A stretch of DNA of 64,000 nt. It comes from Tubulanus polymorphus (Eukaryota; Animalia; Nemertea). Position 1 is the first letter of the stretch. Every line of letters begins with the position of its first letter. The notes under the pieces are model-generated. The model made no database searches and was not told where the DNA came from. It was given only the letters and a program-made list of their open reading frames with translations. Shown here piece after piece: positions 50,452 through 64,000 of the stretch. The position numbers and the translations under genes are program-made. The DNA is taken from NCBI RefSeq assembly GCF_964204645.1, contig NC_134031.1, forward strand, positions 17,285,807 through 17,349,806, given 5' to 3'.

Positions 50452-53400
50452 TTAGATTAAAGTAAAACTACTTTTGTCGAGCTGCTGGTGATTGCTTATC
50501 TTACGCCAAAAGACATAAATATCAAAATCTGTGATATATATCAAATACGTATATACAAGCTTGAGAATTCGATTATCACTTAAATATTGGCGCATAAATA
50601 ATCTTATGTACGAATGAATAGATTTGTGAGGTTATAGTCTTCTACAAATGTTCTTCTTTGTTGTTAGTCTAGTTTATCTTCTCTACCGTCTAGGCCCTAC
50701 TATGAAACAGGGGGGAAGATTTAGCGACCTTTAGCGTGACCTTCTTTTCATCACAAAAGCAGAAAAGGGCACATTTTTACAAGACTAGATAATTTTTCAA
50801 CGAAAAGGCACGTCATTCTTCAGGATCTCGTCTTTAATGCCTATGGAAACTACATCTCAATGCAGCACTTTCCAGAAATCACCTTGCAACAGGACATTTA
50901 CAAGAGGACATTTAGTGTACCCAAGATGCAGAACGGAAAGGACCCCAAGAACCTCTTGTTTGTTGTGGATCATATGTTCTGCTACCATCAACAGTGGTCC
51001 CTGGATTCGCTTAAAAATATAGAATTTCTATGAATCTTAATCTTTAAATGACACACTATTCGAACGATAAAACCCGACCAGTCGCAAGAAATTTCTTAAT
51101 GAAATTTCCCTACGGTTCGTCTCCATTAAAGTGATTCGTGCGGCATTGACTCAAATAGATGGCGAAATAGTGATAGTTCATGAAATACGAACAACACAAA
51201 TGGTTGCAACATGGGAACCAACTAACTTCGGTAGACGTATAAACTAGTTTATACGTCCATGCTTGGGGAAATCAGACTGTCGTCAGAATACTCCACGATT
51301 ACTCCTGCACACATTGCACGTGGGCCCAGTGCCCTCCAAGTTGTTTCTAAGTTCAGCCCGCAATTTCAAAGGCTTGCGCTGGATCCATCACTTAACATCT
51401 TTTAGTTATTCTGAATTGCGAAAATGACCTTATTTTATAAAGTAGTTAAATGAAAATGAATCATCATTATATATCAAAAGAGTGAACCGTATTTTCAGAA
51501 ATCGAGAGTAAATGATTTTGTTCATTCTCGTGTCATGCACATTCGTGAATCAAAAAAATAATGGATATGAAATGCCACGAGAAAAAGTCTAAAAAATGGT
51601 CCACAATATCCTAGTAGTCTTCTTCAGGCCCGAAATACTAGTGACAAAATGACTATCCTTTTTTCTAAGCGTGGGATTTTATACTATCGTTACAACACGA
51701 ACTGTTTCATCAATGGTTAAAAAAGATACTTGAATTTCTCCGTGCAACGAAATCCCATCAAAGAGTTTCAAAGCTTCGCGGTTGCGTGACGGGCTCGTTT
51801 TACTTCGACGTCACGTGAAATTTCATCGTTGAGAGCAAAAACCCGATTCTTTTAAACTTTATCTCAACGACGCGAAATTGATCTCGCAACAAAGCGACGC
51901 ACGAAAGACATGTAAGCCATCATCGGTATTAGTTGATCTCGCAGGCTGCGACTATAACGGAAACCCGATACGAAACGTTCCCACGTATATCCACACGATC
52001 ACGCCACTGAAAATTCGTCTACACAATAGATGTTTTCTTTTTAATTAAGTGGAAAGAGATTTTACGTAAGGAACAAATTGATGGCATTTTCTGACTCAAA
52101 TCATAAACGAAATTATCTTCAGATGGGTCTCGACGCTTGTGAGGTCAAGAGATGTGCATCGGGATATAGTTCGTGAGAGTTCCAAAGCGAAAAAGCATGA
52201 ACAGAGAACGCTAACCTCGGCCTACGAGCAATTATCTCAAATTGAGTCAAATTTTGGTTTAAGTGAAAAAATTGCTCGTAGCCTCGCCTAACTCGACAAG
52301 CTGGGCCGGAAAAATTGGTCCGAGGTAAGCGTAAATACGTAGGGAGCCAGAAAAATTATTTCCGTTTCGTCCGAGTAGGTACAAAATCCTGAGGTGGTCA
52401 TGTCCAAACAAGAAAAAAAGGTACTAATGGGTTTTTTTTGGTGGGGGGGGGGAGGGGTAAGGTATATATGCATTCGAAACCACAAAAGTTTACGATCTCC
52501 TTAATTATGAAAAATAACTCGTCGCCTCGAGGAGTAGATACGTCGGAATTACCCTTATTGTTCCTGCATTATTTCATAGCCGAGCAACGGAAAGAATATC
52601 CGTGTGTGACGTTTGCCCTTCGTACATGGTTGAACGCATTAAATTCGCTTTCATTACCGAGCATTCATGACGGCTAAATGGGGCCAAATCAGCCGGCTTG
52701 TACTTGGAAAATGCCTGCAACAGAAATTCAAGAGAAATTCTCAACAGACTGTACCCGTTGATTGGGGGACTAGGCGGATTTTTCGTTAGAGCGATTGTTG
52801 GCGCGCGCGAGACACCGGTTTTATGTATTATGTGTGTAGCCCTATGTCTACGTTCGGCTGAACGTTTTGTTAGTATTTGCTAACGAAAGAAATCCGCGCC
52901 CGAGTCCATAATGGCTTCTAATTAATCATTAAGCCCATTGAAAAGCCCCCATACGCTAATGGAGAAGTAAGAATGCCCTCTGATCAGTCCTTGTACAAAC
53001 AATCGCTAGGAATTGCTGATTAACGCTATTCACTGATCTTAGCTCGTTAAAACGAGAATGAAGTTTGATCAGTTTTGCCCAGGAGGCTTCCATGTATCTT
53101 CCTACAGTAACAGCGCGTCTTGCGCACCAATACAAGACTATCATGAGGTCAGAAAGCTCGCTTTTAAATTTCCGGGGTTGTTTTCGACAATCAGGGTATG
53201 CTTGCGCTGAAAGACTTATACAAGATTCAGCACGACCATCAGACAACTTTCTAATCTGTCACTCTTCTCTAAAAATAGAAGGAATGTAGAAATACTTAAG
53301 AACTTTTAACCATTGTTTTAGGGATATGACTTTCCTTAAATACATACATGTATATACAGTAGTGAATTACGGAGAAATAATTGTTCAGAAATTGCAGTCT

Positions 53401-54829
53401 TTACCACAAGATGGCGTTGCCGACGGCCGCGACTTCTCAAATAGACCGCTAATTGGTTTATTCATGTTAAGTCATATAATACTTACATACGGTTCAATTC
53501 AATTAGGAACTCGATTAGTAAATGGAAAGTATGTCTGGATATGACAACCAACGCCCAAATTGCTGGTAGAATTGACGTCAAAACCTGCTATTTATAATCG
53601 CCCGTAAAACGCAGCACACAAAACTCCATTGAATATCCATTTAGTTTTATTGAACATTTTAAACGATAATTCCAATCAAGTTGTTTTAGGCGAATGTATT
53701 GGTGTTCAGGTCTTTTGTAGATTTGTATTATACTTGTATAAGACGTTGTGTAGGATGTGCGATAACAAAAATATTCTACTTATTCTTTTAATCAGGTCGA
53801 CAGTTCGACGATCTCTGAAATATGCGGTTATTTTTTTCTAATTTATTGTTCACACATTCCGCCGTCCAAACACCTTCGCAGAACTAATCACGTGGACCAG
53901 CAGTTCATTATCTTGATTCGGTCTATTCGATTGACGGGGTGGGAGGGAAATCATTATCTTCATTCATGACTCACTAACTGACGAAGCTAATGGCTGCTTT
54001 ATCAAGCAATAGCTGCAACCGCACCAGGCTCACAACCTTCCAGTCAGCCGAGCTGTACACATCAACCGCTCTTCGTATTAATAATCGCACTTTTTTACTA
54101 CCAAATCAATGATATAAAAAAGAACGTCATTCTAGAATTTACTGGAGTTATCATAGATTCAGTGCCTGTTTTAATTTTTTCGCTTTTGGTGACGGATGAG
54201 TTTTCAGATTCAACAAGTTATTATCGAGTTGTCCAACCAGCTGAGTCGTGCGTTATTCCATCAAGTTCAGTGACTTATAAGAGTGGATTTAATTAGTTCA
54301 ATTGGCAGATGTCACATTCGACGAACTTAGAACAATAGGGTAAGACGTTTAAAAACTTCATTCTTTTTTCTGGAGGCTAGAGGAGTGAAAGTTCTCTAGC
54401 TCGTTACACGTGGAAAGGGGGGGGGGGGAACTAGTAGAACTATTTTCTTGATAAACTGACGATTCATTCGAATAACCAACACAGCAGTAGTGCTTATACA
54501 TACAGAATTAGGACGTCATTTTCTTGACGAGGTGCATTATTCATAATACGCAACATAAAACTATACCGAATACAATAATAACAGTGTGTACATGAGTTGA
54601 TTTATTAATAGTATATGTATATGATTTCCTGATTGCAATTAGGGTGGTTTATGTACACCGTACCGAACTGGTTTGGCCCGCCGGTAGATTTCTAGGGGAA
54701 GAGTTCTGAAGTCATTCTCCCGGCGCCGTTGTTTACTTAGCGTAGAAGTAAAAATATCTGCAGCGTTGTTGTGACTGCGTCGATAGTAAAAAGATCGCGC
54801 ATATAGACTAGTAGTGTCATTACCGGCAG

Positions 54830-55260
54830 TATATAGTAACGTGTGGAGTGTGGAGAAACCCATTACAGCGGTACTGCTAGCTGGAAAACGATTAGGCTAC
54901 TGACTTGCGCTGTACTTTGCATAGCTGATGGGTCTTTTAGAAGCATAACGGGGCGCGTCCACGCTATATCGGACACTCTTGGTTTGATATATTACAGCAC
55001 TTGCGCACCTGAGAAACTTGACTTGTTTTTTTGTTGTAGCTGTGATTCGGATAAGTCAGTACCAATGCACGCCATGGACAACCAGCTTCCTCCGCACGAT
55101 CCGTCGGACCCAAATCTAAACGGTAAGACCATTTACAATATTCCATTCCAGTGGGGGAAATGCTACAAAGCTCTCGGGATCATAGTTGAAAACTCCTTTG
55201 GTGGTGGACATTTCTACGCCATGGAACTTCACTTGTATCCATTCACTGAAATCAAAGTTT
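54830..55260 (+). pseudogene. Possible decayed galactose-binding-like/discoidin (F5/8-C) domain fragment
   Basis: Frame-shifted pieces VYSNVWSVEK...GY*LA and APEKLDLF...CYKALGIIVENSFGGGHFYAMELHLYP resemble the start and end of such beta-sandwiches. Weak resemblance, by eye only. Confidence 0.25.
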
Positions 55261-57315
55261 CTAGTCTCGACGTGTGCATTGAGAGAGGGGGTTCACTTGT
55301 TCGTGCATTATCTACCCGAGCCATTTCTTGAAAACAGTTGGGCCGGGTCCATTCAGTTGGCTAATACTGGAGACCCGTTGACATCTGTGGCTGGATCATT
55401 TGCATGGTTTTGCGAGGCCACAGTTGGTCGGACAACCCAATCAAGTACAAATCAAATATAGTTCATTACATTGAGCACGAGGGAAATTTATGACCATTAG
55501 TCGGAGCAGCACTAATGATCTGACGATGACCAAGGGATGTCGCCTATATAGTAAATGCAACGCCAGGTCTTCGTCTGGATCTTGCCATACCTTTCAACCG
55601 TACTGGAACGTGTTGGAATAAAAAACACAGCGTTGAGATTTACAATATTGCGTAGCAATCAACTCAAAACTCTGTTCTTGTTTGTTCTCATAAATTATCG
55701 GTAAACATTATTAGAATAAGTGTGTATGTTTTCGTACGTGTACTTTTCATATTATATAGCGCATTGCTGTATACGCTCTGACTGAATTGGGTTAATTGGT
55801 GAGAAGCGCGAATTTTCGTGTTCAAATATTCAGGTTATTGATATTCAAAAATAGTTTTTCGAAGATGACAGTCAAGTTTAATCAGCATACACGTATAATC
55901 GGGTTCATTAATCTCTCGGCTTTTATCGCCGTTGATGAATTAATTCAGTTTATACGAATGAATCAAAATACTTGTTATAGAACATTAAGCTGAACTACAA
56001 GCCTTCGTCTGAATAAATAGCCGTAACAAAAGGCCTTAATACAGCAAGTTAATGGCATATCGTAAAATTTAATAACACTCGCTAAGTGGCATGCGGATTG
56101 ACTTCGAATCTGATGACCTCGCTTTTATACACTTCGCTTCTAATAATACCTCTTTTGAATGGATTGTGTGTTCGTCTATTGCAGTGTCTGTCGAAATCTT
56201 TAATGGGTTTTTAGAAGAGTTTAATTACTTTTTTTCGGCGGCATGATTGCCAACGAATTTCAACCGAATAGACGTTTTCAATCGGCGACCGTTAGTTCGA
56301 GATATTATACCGGGCTATTATTTTATGTCTCCGCGCTAAAATTGGACCAATTCAATGCGAGAAGTTTCCTTCGGCGCGCAGGTGGAATAATAAAGTTCTT
56401 TTTGTCGTTAGAGTCAGTCGGGTGCGATGAAAAAAATCATCATTGTTCCCTTTCAAGTCAATAGCAAACCATATATGTATTTATATACCCTCGCCACAAC
56501 GCCGAAAGGTCGTTTAGCCTATACGGATTTTATTAAGATCTGTCTGTTTGGGAAAGAGTGTTACAGTTTTAGAGATCGAGCATCCACCTAGAGAATAAAT
56601 TCAACGATAAAATGGGGCCAGAATCCCGATGAAATATTTATCATTATATCATATTTTCATACAGACATGTTCGCCTTTTAACGACTTTGATCGAGCTTTG
56701 GGAGAAGTTCATGTTCCACCAACCACCACACGCGTTCCCGGGGGTGATATTCGTTAGGCCGGACTTGGAGAGCCCTAATTTGTTCATGAGCTCTATCCTC
56801 TCAACAAAGTCATTATCGTTCAAAATATTCTCTCAAATAGCTTTTTTCCCATTATCGCCGACGACAAAACGCATTCATCGCAAATTCCTTCGAAATTCTT
56901 TGCGCAAATTGAAACCTGGTCCGTTTTATATTAAAGCACGCCACCACTTTATTAGTACAACAACGAAACGAGCGAATTGAAAGCCAACTTAACGATCATT
57001 AAGCCGAACCTATTGAAATTTGTCCATTAATTCGACTATTGTGATGGACCGGCAGCTGCGAACAGCTAGCGCGCCGAGAGGCTCGGCTTCTCAATGTATG
57101 GGAGAGCAGATCGCGCTTCATTTAATACCAGACTCATGAGATGAGCTGTCATTCAGTGAACGGAGGTAGCGCACAACGCACACACACACTCACACACACA
57201 CACGACAGATAGAGAGGAGAGAAAGCTCAAATACAGGACACTTTATGAGAAACTCTGTGCGGACGGACAGGATTTTATACGTTAGATACGGATTATTCAA
57301 ACACTCTAGACAAGA

Positions 57316-57343
57316 ATGAACGGGCTACCGATTAATATACAAG
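57316..57343 (+). CDS. Putative first coding exon (MNGLPINIQ, phase 1) of a gene that continues beyond the window
   Basis: Initiator-like TCAGT at ~57153, CA/GA-repeat 5'UTR, AGAATGA start context, donor CAAG|gtacgt. No downstream exon identified. Confidence 0.35.
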
Positions 57344-59419
57344 GTACGTGGTGTAATGTCAGACTAATAATGTCGTCATGTCGCGTATATTGCTAAAGCA
57401 CGAGTCATTGTCAACACGCTCTTTCTCCGTTGATATTACAACAGCGTTCAGTCTCGAATGAAGATGCGCGTGTGATGCTTACAGTTTTATAATGACAAGA
57501 TCGCGCGTGTGAACGCTTACCGCATGACTTACCCTTCAATGTTTTGCATTCAGCGCCCTCTGTGGCGGCGAAAATGCACATTGCCACGAACAAGATTCGT
57601 ACCCACTTTACAATACTTGCATATACGTGCACTATTTCAGTAGTTTGAATTCGTTTGATGGGAGCACACGCCCTTTACTAATGAGAAGTCCATTTTCATT
57701 AGTATATTGATACTGATTGTGATATTTTTTTCTTTATATGTATCATTACAATGGCGTTATTTCGTAAATGGCCACGTCGTTAGTATAATACTAAACATAT
57801 CCCCAATGTACGATACGCTCCCCGTATATCGTGGTGCACACATAATGACTATAATCTACAACTACTGTGGGTTCATTAATTAATCCATTTACTAATTAGT
57901 TTCGATTGTAATCGCGGTCAAGACCGGGTAAGTTAATTCGTGGTAGCTAATGCGGACATACTTGCGCATAGTGGGCGCTATAATGCATTAAATAGAGCTC
58001 GTGACGTCAAAAAGGGGTCCATGCTTGGCGTAGGCGATTTAGGATGTATGACTTTCATGAAAGACATGTTGAGAACATGAATGTTGACAAAATGAATTCA
58101 TTATATTTGATCCCGGATGTGGGTAAATTAAGCCTTCGAATTATCAACAACACCTGGTTTTGATATTGGAGATATGGAAGGGGTTCATCATTAAGCGGCC
58201 AGTTCCACATTAATAAGGTATAGGGCAATCATTCGATTGGCCTACACGATATAACCACGCTCACGATGTTTTATGAGTTATCAGCCATCGCGCTCGTTCA
58301 TAAACCAGGCATGCAGTAAAGCTAATGAAAAACACGAAATATCGCCGTAAAGTCATCGTGAACAGCCACTTGAAAGAAATTCCCCAGGAAATAATCAGGG
58401 TTAGCTATGCCCTAACCAAATAGTAAACGCAAATCCGTATTACAGAATAGGAAATCAAGCCGGGTGTAGTTTTTTGAGTGTGTGTGTGTGGTTGCAATCT
58501 GAATAAGTCGGCCGTATATGAATTTCTAAAATTGAATGGCTGCAGGCGTTAAAAACATAGTTCAGGTAATTACCATCTCACGAAGGAAGTTAGACATCGT
58601 GCGGTGCATAGTAACTCAAGTGATTAAAACATGGATGAATTGGTCCGGTATATGTACCGTGTTTTAGATTGACAGTCGTGCCGTTCGGATAAATATTTTT
58701 TCAGTAAATACGTTTCTGTAGTTCGTATACATATTTGGGGTTTGTGATGCATGTTTTGTCATTGGTTGGCTGCAAATAATCTGAGGTTGTCACGAATTGG
58801 TCATTCTCACAGTATATATCGCATCCTATATCTATAATGTAGGCGTATTGATGTTGATAGTATAACGTCTTGTGGTTTTGGGAAATTTTCCATTTCGTTC
58901 ACGTCCGTAGTAAATTCACCGGGCATATATAAATCACAGAACGACGAAGCATCCCGCAAGTCAAAAAGATGATATAACATCGTACACGTACTATATACGC
59001 ATTCATTCTATAATGCTCGATTTTCCATTCACTCAAACTCCTCATCCTCCCTCCAAGAGGCAACTCGCAGATCAATCATTTTTTGAAAGCTCGAATAAAA
59101 ACTGTGAGCGTGCTCTCCTTGGGTTTGATTAGACGTTCGTCGAGGTAATTGTGCGCCGCCATTGTGTCCATTCTTGTCTCGACAAATAACAGCCGAAATC
59201 GAATTATGCTCGGCAGCAATTTTTGTCTTGTTAATAAAATTATGATCACGTGTTTCGTCTCACGCGGACTAGGCGCCCGAGTGCGGCGTAGTCGTTTTTG
59301 AGGGAGGAAAAGTTTTTTTTTTTAATAAAACCCTCAACCCGCTACGCATGGCATTATAAGCGGGTTCGATGTTTCTTTTTCCCAAAGGGGAGAGACCAGA
59401 GAAGAACCTTTGACCAAGA

Positions 59420-59500
59420 AACTCTGTCGCCACCAGGGTTTGAACCCATAAACCGTGGATTGACGAGACCAGAGACCAGCGGCTTCAACCACTCGAGAAA
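59420..59500 (-). mobile_element. tRNA-derived SINE head (degenerate)
   Basis: Minus strand CGAGTGGTTGAAGCCGCTGG...GGGTTCAAACCCTGGTGGCG gives an A-box remnant and a B-box; no acceptor stem or cloverleaf. Confidence 0.5.
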
Positions 59501-62500
59501 AATTAATAACCGATTAGAATATTCGTCCGTTTTGAAAAAAATGGTTGTTATGCTGAAATTGCCGCATCGGTGGTCGGGAGAGTTGATGCATTTCGATGCG
59601 CTTTCGCATAGTTCAGCTCCAGTCAATGATTGTGTTCGCTGATTGACGTCTAATGTCATCAAGAATATATCAAGTAATATATCAAACAGGGCACCTCGCT
59701 TTGTCTGATAAGTGGTGGAATTTGATTGCGTTTATGAGTTCATCGCGCGACGAGACTGTAAATTACCGCCACATAACGATTGACAGTTTCCTCCGCGCGT
59801 ATATGTGGTCATTGTAATCAGCATTTCTCGATACTGAAAGGAGTCCAGTTTCACGATTCCACAATCAACCCCCGACCTCTGCTGGTCGCAGAGATTTGAA
59901 ATTTCATTTTGGGATTAAATCCGGCAAAAAAAAATTTGGAAGCCAAATAAACCAAGTCGGATGATGGATTGGTGCCACTGGTTTCGAGGATATCCGTATT
60001 GCTGATTCGGATGCCGTAGTGGAAGTTCGCTTTCGCTTATAATCTCTCTGAAAATACGATAACCGAGTCTTCGGTTACTTCTAAAATGCAGCTTTGTGAG
60101 TAATTCGGTAAACTTCTTTATTTACCGGCGTAAAGAATGTTGTTTTGAACTGTTAACCTTGTACCGTTATAACTTTATAGAAACCACGTACATTGGACCT
60201 AGCATTCCTGTTGTCACGGTTAGGTGACATTTTTTTCGCGTTGGCCTCGAGAAAGATGTGTCTGATGCAACTTAGGATGTTTTTTGTTTACTCATTAGAG
60301 TTGCGCGAGGCCGTTTGTCTACCCTGTTTATATCGAGTAGGCAGACTGTTTTCGTCGCTATCCTTGAAAAACGTGCGGGGAGGGAATCGTTCGAGGGGGA
60401 GCACAAAGTTTGCGACCATATGTTACGAAAACCTTCGCAGGAAAAGTGTAAATTAAAACGTCCACCTTATTACATCGAGTCAAATCTAAACTAATTAAGT
60501 GGCATCGAGGGTTAGGTAAACGTGTCGTACAAGTGTACACAATCCGGCATCCAATATATGCGCCTTAATAATCATCCTGTCAGTTGGTTAATAGCTGCTC
60601 GTAGTCGGTGTCGAGACGAAGTCCTGCTTGCGTATACGGACGCTTGATAACTCGTTGATGAGTCTAATCCGTATGATTAACCATTGTATCTGTGCAGTAT
60701 TGACAACCGCCGCGATGACAACGGCCGTAATCAATTTGCGATAATTGCGGCCTGAATGCCGGCGAATTTGTCCGTAGATTCAGACGATCTCTGCCGGCAC
60801 GGAACTGCTCATCGGCCGCTGAAGCATTCTCGCGTTGCCGATGATTTGTGGAAGCTAATTTGACTTAACGTAATCAACCCGTGCATTTGTGTGGATATTA
60901 TATTTGCAGCAATTAGTCGGCGAGACCGGTTTAAAATGGCGTCTTTATGAACAGTCACGTCGTTAACCTATGTCGATAATGTCACGACGGCTTCATCGTA
61001 GCATTTGAAATGAAACTTGATGTTCGCAATGCATCCCTAGACGCCATGTTTATATTTTCCCACTACCAATGGTTGGGTTGAGCATCGTATGAAATTCATG
61101 ACGCTATTATCATCTTTCAAAAATGTCTCGTTGCATCGCTGCTTAATGAATGTTTTTTAATCTGCGACAGCTAATGCGCTTCATGATCAAGAGTATGTGT
61201 CGACACACCACAAGGACGAACGGCTCTCCAGCAGATTGAAGGTCGTTATCGAATAGCAATTGTGGAGAAGCGTTTTTCATCTTTCGTGATGATGAAAACT
61301 GAATATCATGAGATAACGTACATAGTATATTATGTTATGATATGGTGATATGGCTTATTTTTCATGTACAATTTTTACAGAAATAATGAATAAACAATAT
61401 AGATTTAAAATGTAATGATATTATCAAAACAAGGATTTACGTGTACTTGTGGTTAACAGCGATAATCTGAATGTAAAATTCCTGAAGGATATCGGTTGTA
61501 GCGGTGATAAAGTTTCGAAAAATGTTTAGCTTTTTTCGGTTCGATTCTGATCTTAGCATATTATTTAAGGCACTTGTTTATACCTGTTCCAAAGTAACCT
61601 ATGCGTCGGTTGTAATTGGCAAGAAAATGGATGGTGTTACCTGTATTCTGGGTTAACACCGCTTTCAAATACGGTAGCTCTGATGATGAATATTCGTTTC
61701 ATTATCACCTCGATTTAATACGTATACGGGTAGTCTTTTCGAACGGTTTTTAGTTTCCTTTTTGCGCGTTTGATTAGCGGGAGCTTTGATGCGGATTTCT
61801 CGTAATTACGACTCACGGAGAGAGTGATGGCCTTATAGATTTTCCACCATTAGTCACGTGTTGTAACTGTTAATGATTTACGACAAGAGAGGCTTTTAAA
61901 TAATAAATAATAACTGTCGTTCTAACAAAAAATGTCACCTCCGCTAAAAGCCATGTCTTGTAGTCGATATTGCATTCTGTACACGGCATTTCAATGAAAT
62001 AATTAGTTAATTGGGTTTTAACAACTCTTCTTGTTCGATGATTTAGCCCCAGTCCCTATTGTACGGTACAATATGTCGCACGCGGTAACATATGCTTTAC
62101 AAATATACATGTTTTGTATATCTATATTAAGTATTATATGCAAAAAGCAATAAACACAATACGAGGCACGCGTGTATAGACATTTTTTTCTCTCCTGATT
62201 CTCTATCTAATAAGAAACGAAATTACATTATGATATCAATTTAGAGCGAGGTGTACTCGTATTGACGGACGTTTTCTAATAATATTAAGAATTAATAAAT
62301 GTTCAGATATTATAAGCGTAACAGCTGCGGGGTTCCATTATAGGCAGGGGAATCCTTACCCAGGGGTCCCGGATCCGAATTGACATTATCGAAGCATAAT
62401 AACAATATTGTCTAGCAATAATATGTGTGTGTGTGTACCGGCTGATGGATATTAGGCCTATCAAACGGGTTCTGCTGATAGACGTTGCAATTGACACAAC

Positions 62501-64000
62501 ATCATTATTGTCGAAAGACTCCGCGCGCACTAGTAATTAGTATAAGAACTAGGTATGTTCAGTAGTTTATTGTGGACTATATAATAGGCTGTATTGGTCG
62601 TGTATAATTAAGTTGCACCTTATCCGGTAGGAGGCCATATACTTCGCGACGATCGCTTTTTAATTAAAATTGCTCGGTGCCGTAAGAACCGTGCGAAACG
62701 GCCAACCTGTTCTTCTTCCAGTGTATTTGGAGTAAGTGTTTAAGTGAGTGAATAATGAGCAATCACTTAGCAGATGATACCTCTTCCCGTACTGTATTAA
62801 ATGCGCCGGTGCTTTGGGGCAGCCGACCTTCGGATGTGATTTCATCATCTGGGATCTCGTTGTTGGTCTAGTCTAGAATGACGTCAATAGTACCTCGCGA
62901 AACGCGTATTCAATATTTTCACGTTTCAAAGCTACTGTTCGTTCCGAAAAATTGGATATCCTAATCTGAAGCTATCTGAGGACAACAGATTCTCCGGGTT
63001 GAAGTTGGCTCTTGGGCTCATTGGGCTGTTTCATAAAAACGACTCGCCTGTGCATCGTTCATCCATACTCAACGTCTTCCCTCTTTGTGATAAATCTCAT
63101 CGGCGGCATCGACGTAAAAGCATTTTTCTTATATTTACCGAACCGATGGCGGACTAAACATGGCCCTCGGGCAGCTATTTAATCTCCCCGTGAACGCGAT
63201 CTCTTGTGCAAAACACGTGTTCAAATTTCGACCGAATTATCCGTAAATGGCGGCCGCGCTTCGGAGAAAAACATTTTCCAGATTCCTAATTCCAATCTCG
63301 CCTTTGTAACAATGTCCGTTCGCGGCGCGGTACGTGTGAGAAAAAAGAAATGATCATTTCATTTTCATCCGTACCCGAGTTTTCAATTTAAGTACATTAA
63401 GACTTGTCAATAGCTCGCCTTGTAATAATATTTTCAACCTATAAAATTCTCATCGATTTAAAAGGCTGCAACGCGAAAAAGAAAATTGCTACGGTTGGGA
63501 ACGACGCAGATGAAAAGTGCGTCGGAATAGAATAAATGCTCGTGTAATATAAGGTGTAATTGGCGCGCTTGGGAGTGCAATATCGGCAATGTTCAGATTT
63601 AGCGACGTAATAAAGAATTATTTAATCACACACTCGATTTCGAAATCTCTGCTGAAACGTATAAGTAGAACTCCGAAAAAGACCGGCTGATCCAGACTAC
63701 ACTGTTGTATTATATACGAATTCCACTGGAAGGCGTTAAAAAACTTACCTCGACGCGCGCGCGTTCTTCGTTAGATCCCGCATTTACATATTTCCCTGAT
63801 TAATTGGAAAATTTATCAAAATCGCTATAGCAGAAAACTGACTAAAATTCCCATTTCTCAAATGCGAGCAGTACGCCAAATGAATTTTAAACAGAGGTTT
63901 CGTGTTTCATTGCTTACCGGAGACGGGTATATTATTATCGTCGCTCTTGTAATCTTTGAGATAGATTATCAACTTTGACACCTTTTTCGTGTACAATGTT

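Noticed and set aside
50780-50830. Additional CTGAAGA...GAAA hammerhead-like strings on the minus strand (also ~20270-20315)
   Set aside because: No stem I pairing or UH site, and no TSD.
58058-58075. miR-71-like TGAAAGACATG
   Set aside because: Only 11 nt match and there is no precursor hairpin.
59420-59500. tRNA gene
   Set aside because: B-box present but no cloverleaf; treated as a SINE remnant.

Overview
Eukaryotic, intron-containing animal DNA, most likely from an invertebrate. It is not prokaryotic and has no CRISPR array. Six protein-coding genes can be built by hand with GT-AG introns whose phases match. (1) A 3-exon gene (minus, 3996-7043) has a last exon encoding a herpes-tegument-like (peptidase C76/VTD) deubiquitinase domain, preceded by 24 Asp/His-rich hexapeptide repeats; it sits next to a dimeric satellite that fills bases 1-~3000. 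(2) A Hes/hairy bHLH-Orange-WRPW gene (minus, 11715-15086) has Su(H) sites, 3'UTR K-boxes and a ~21 kb non-coding upstream region. (3, 4) Two uncharacterised minus-strand genes lie at 36373-37140 and 38791-42931. (5) An SLC7 cationic amino acid transporter (minus, 44341-46420) lies head-to-head with (6) 1-Cys peroxiredoxin Prdx6 (plus, 47987-50451). A probable first exon of a further gene lies at ~57.2 kb. Small mobile elements include two TSD-flanked Penelope-like inserts with minimal hammerhead ribozyme cores (9370-9528, 27113-27341), several MITEs and a tRNA-derived SINE head. All calls are from manual reading; no database searches were run.
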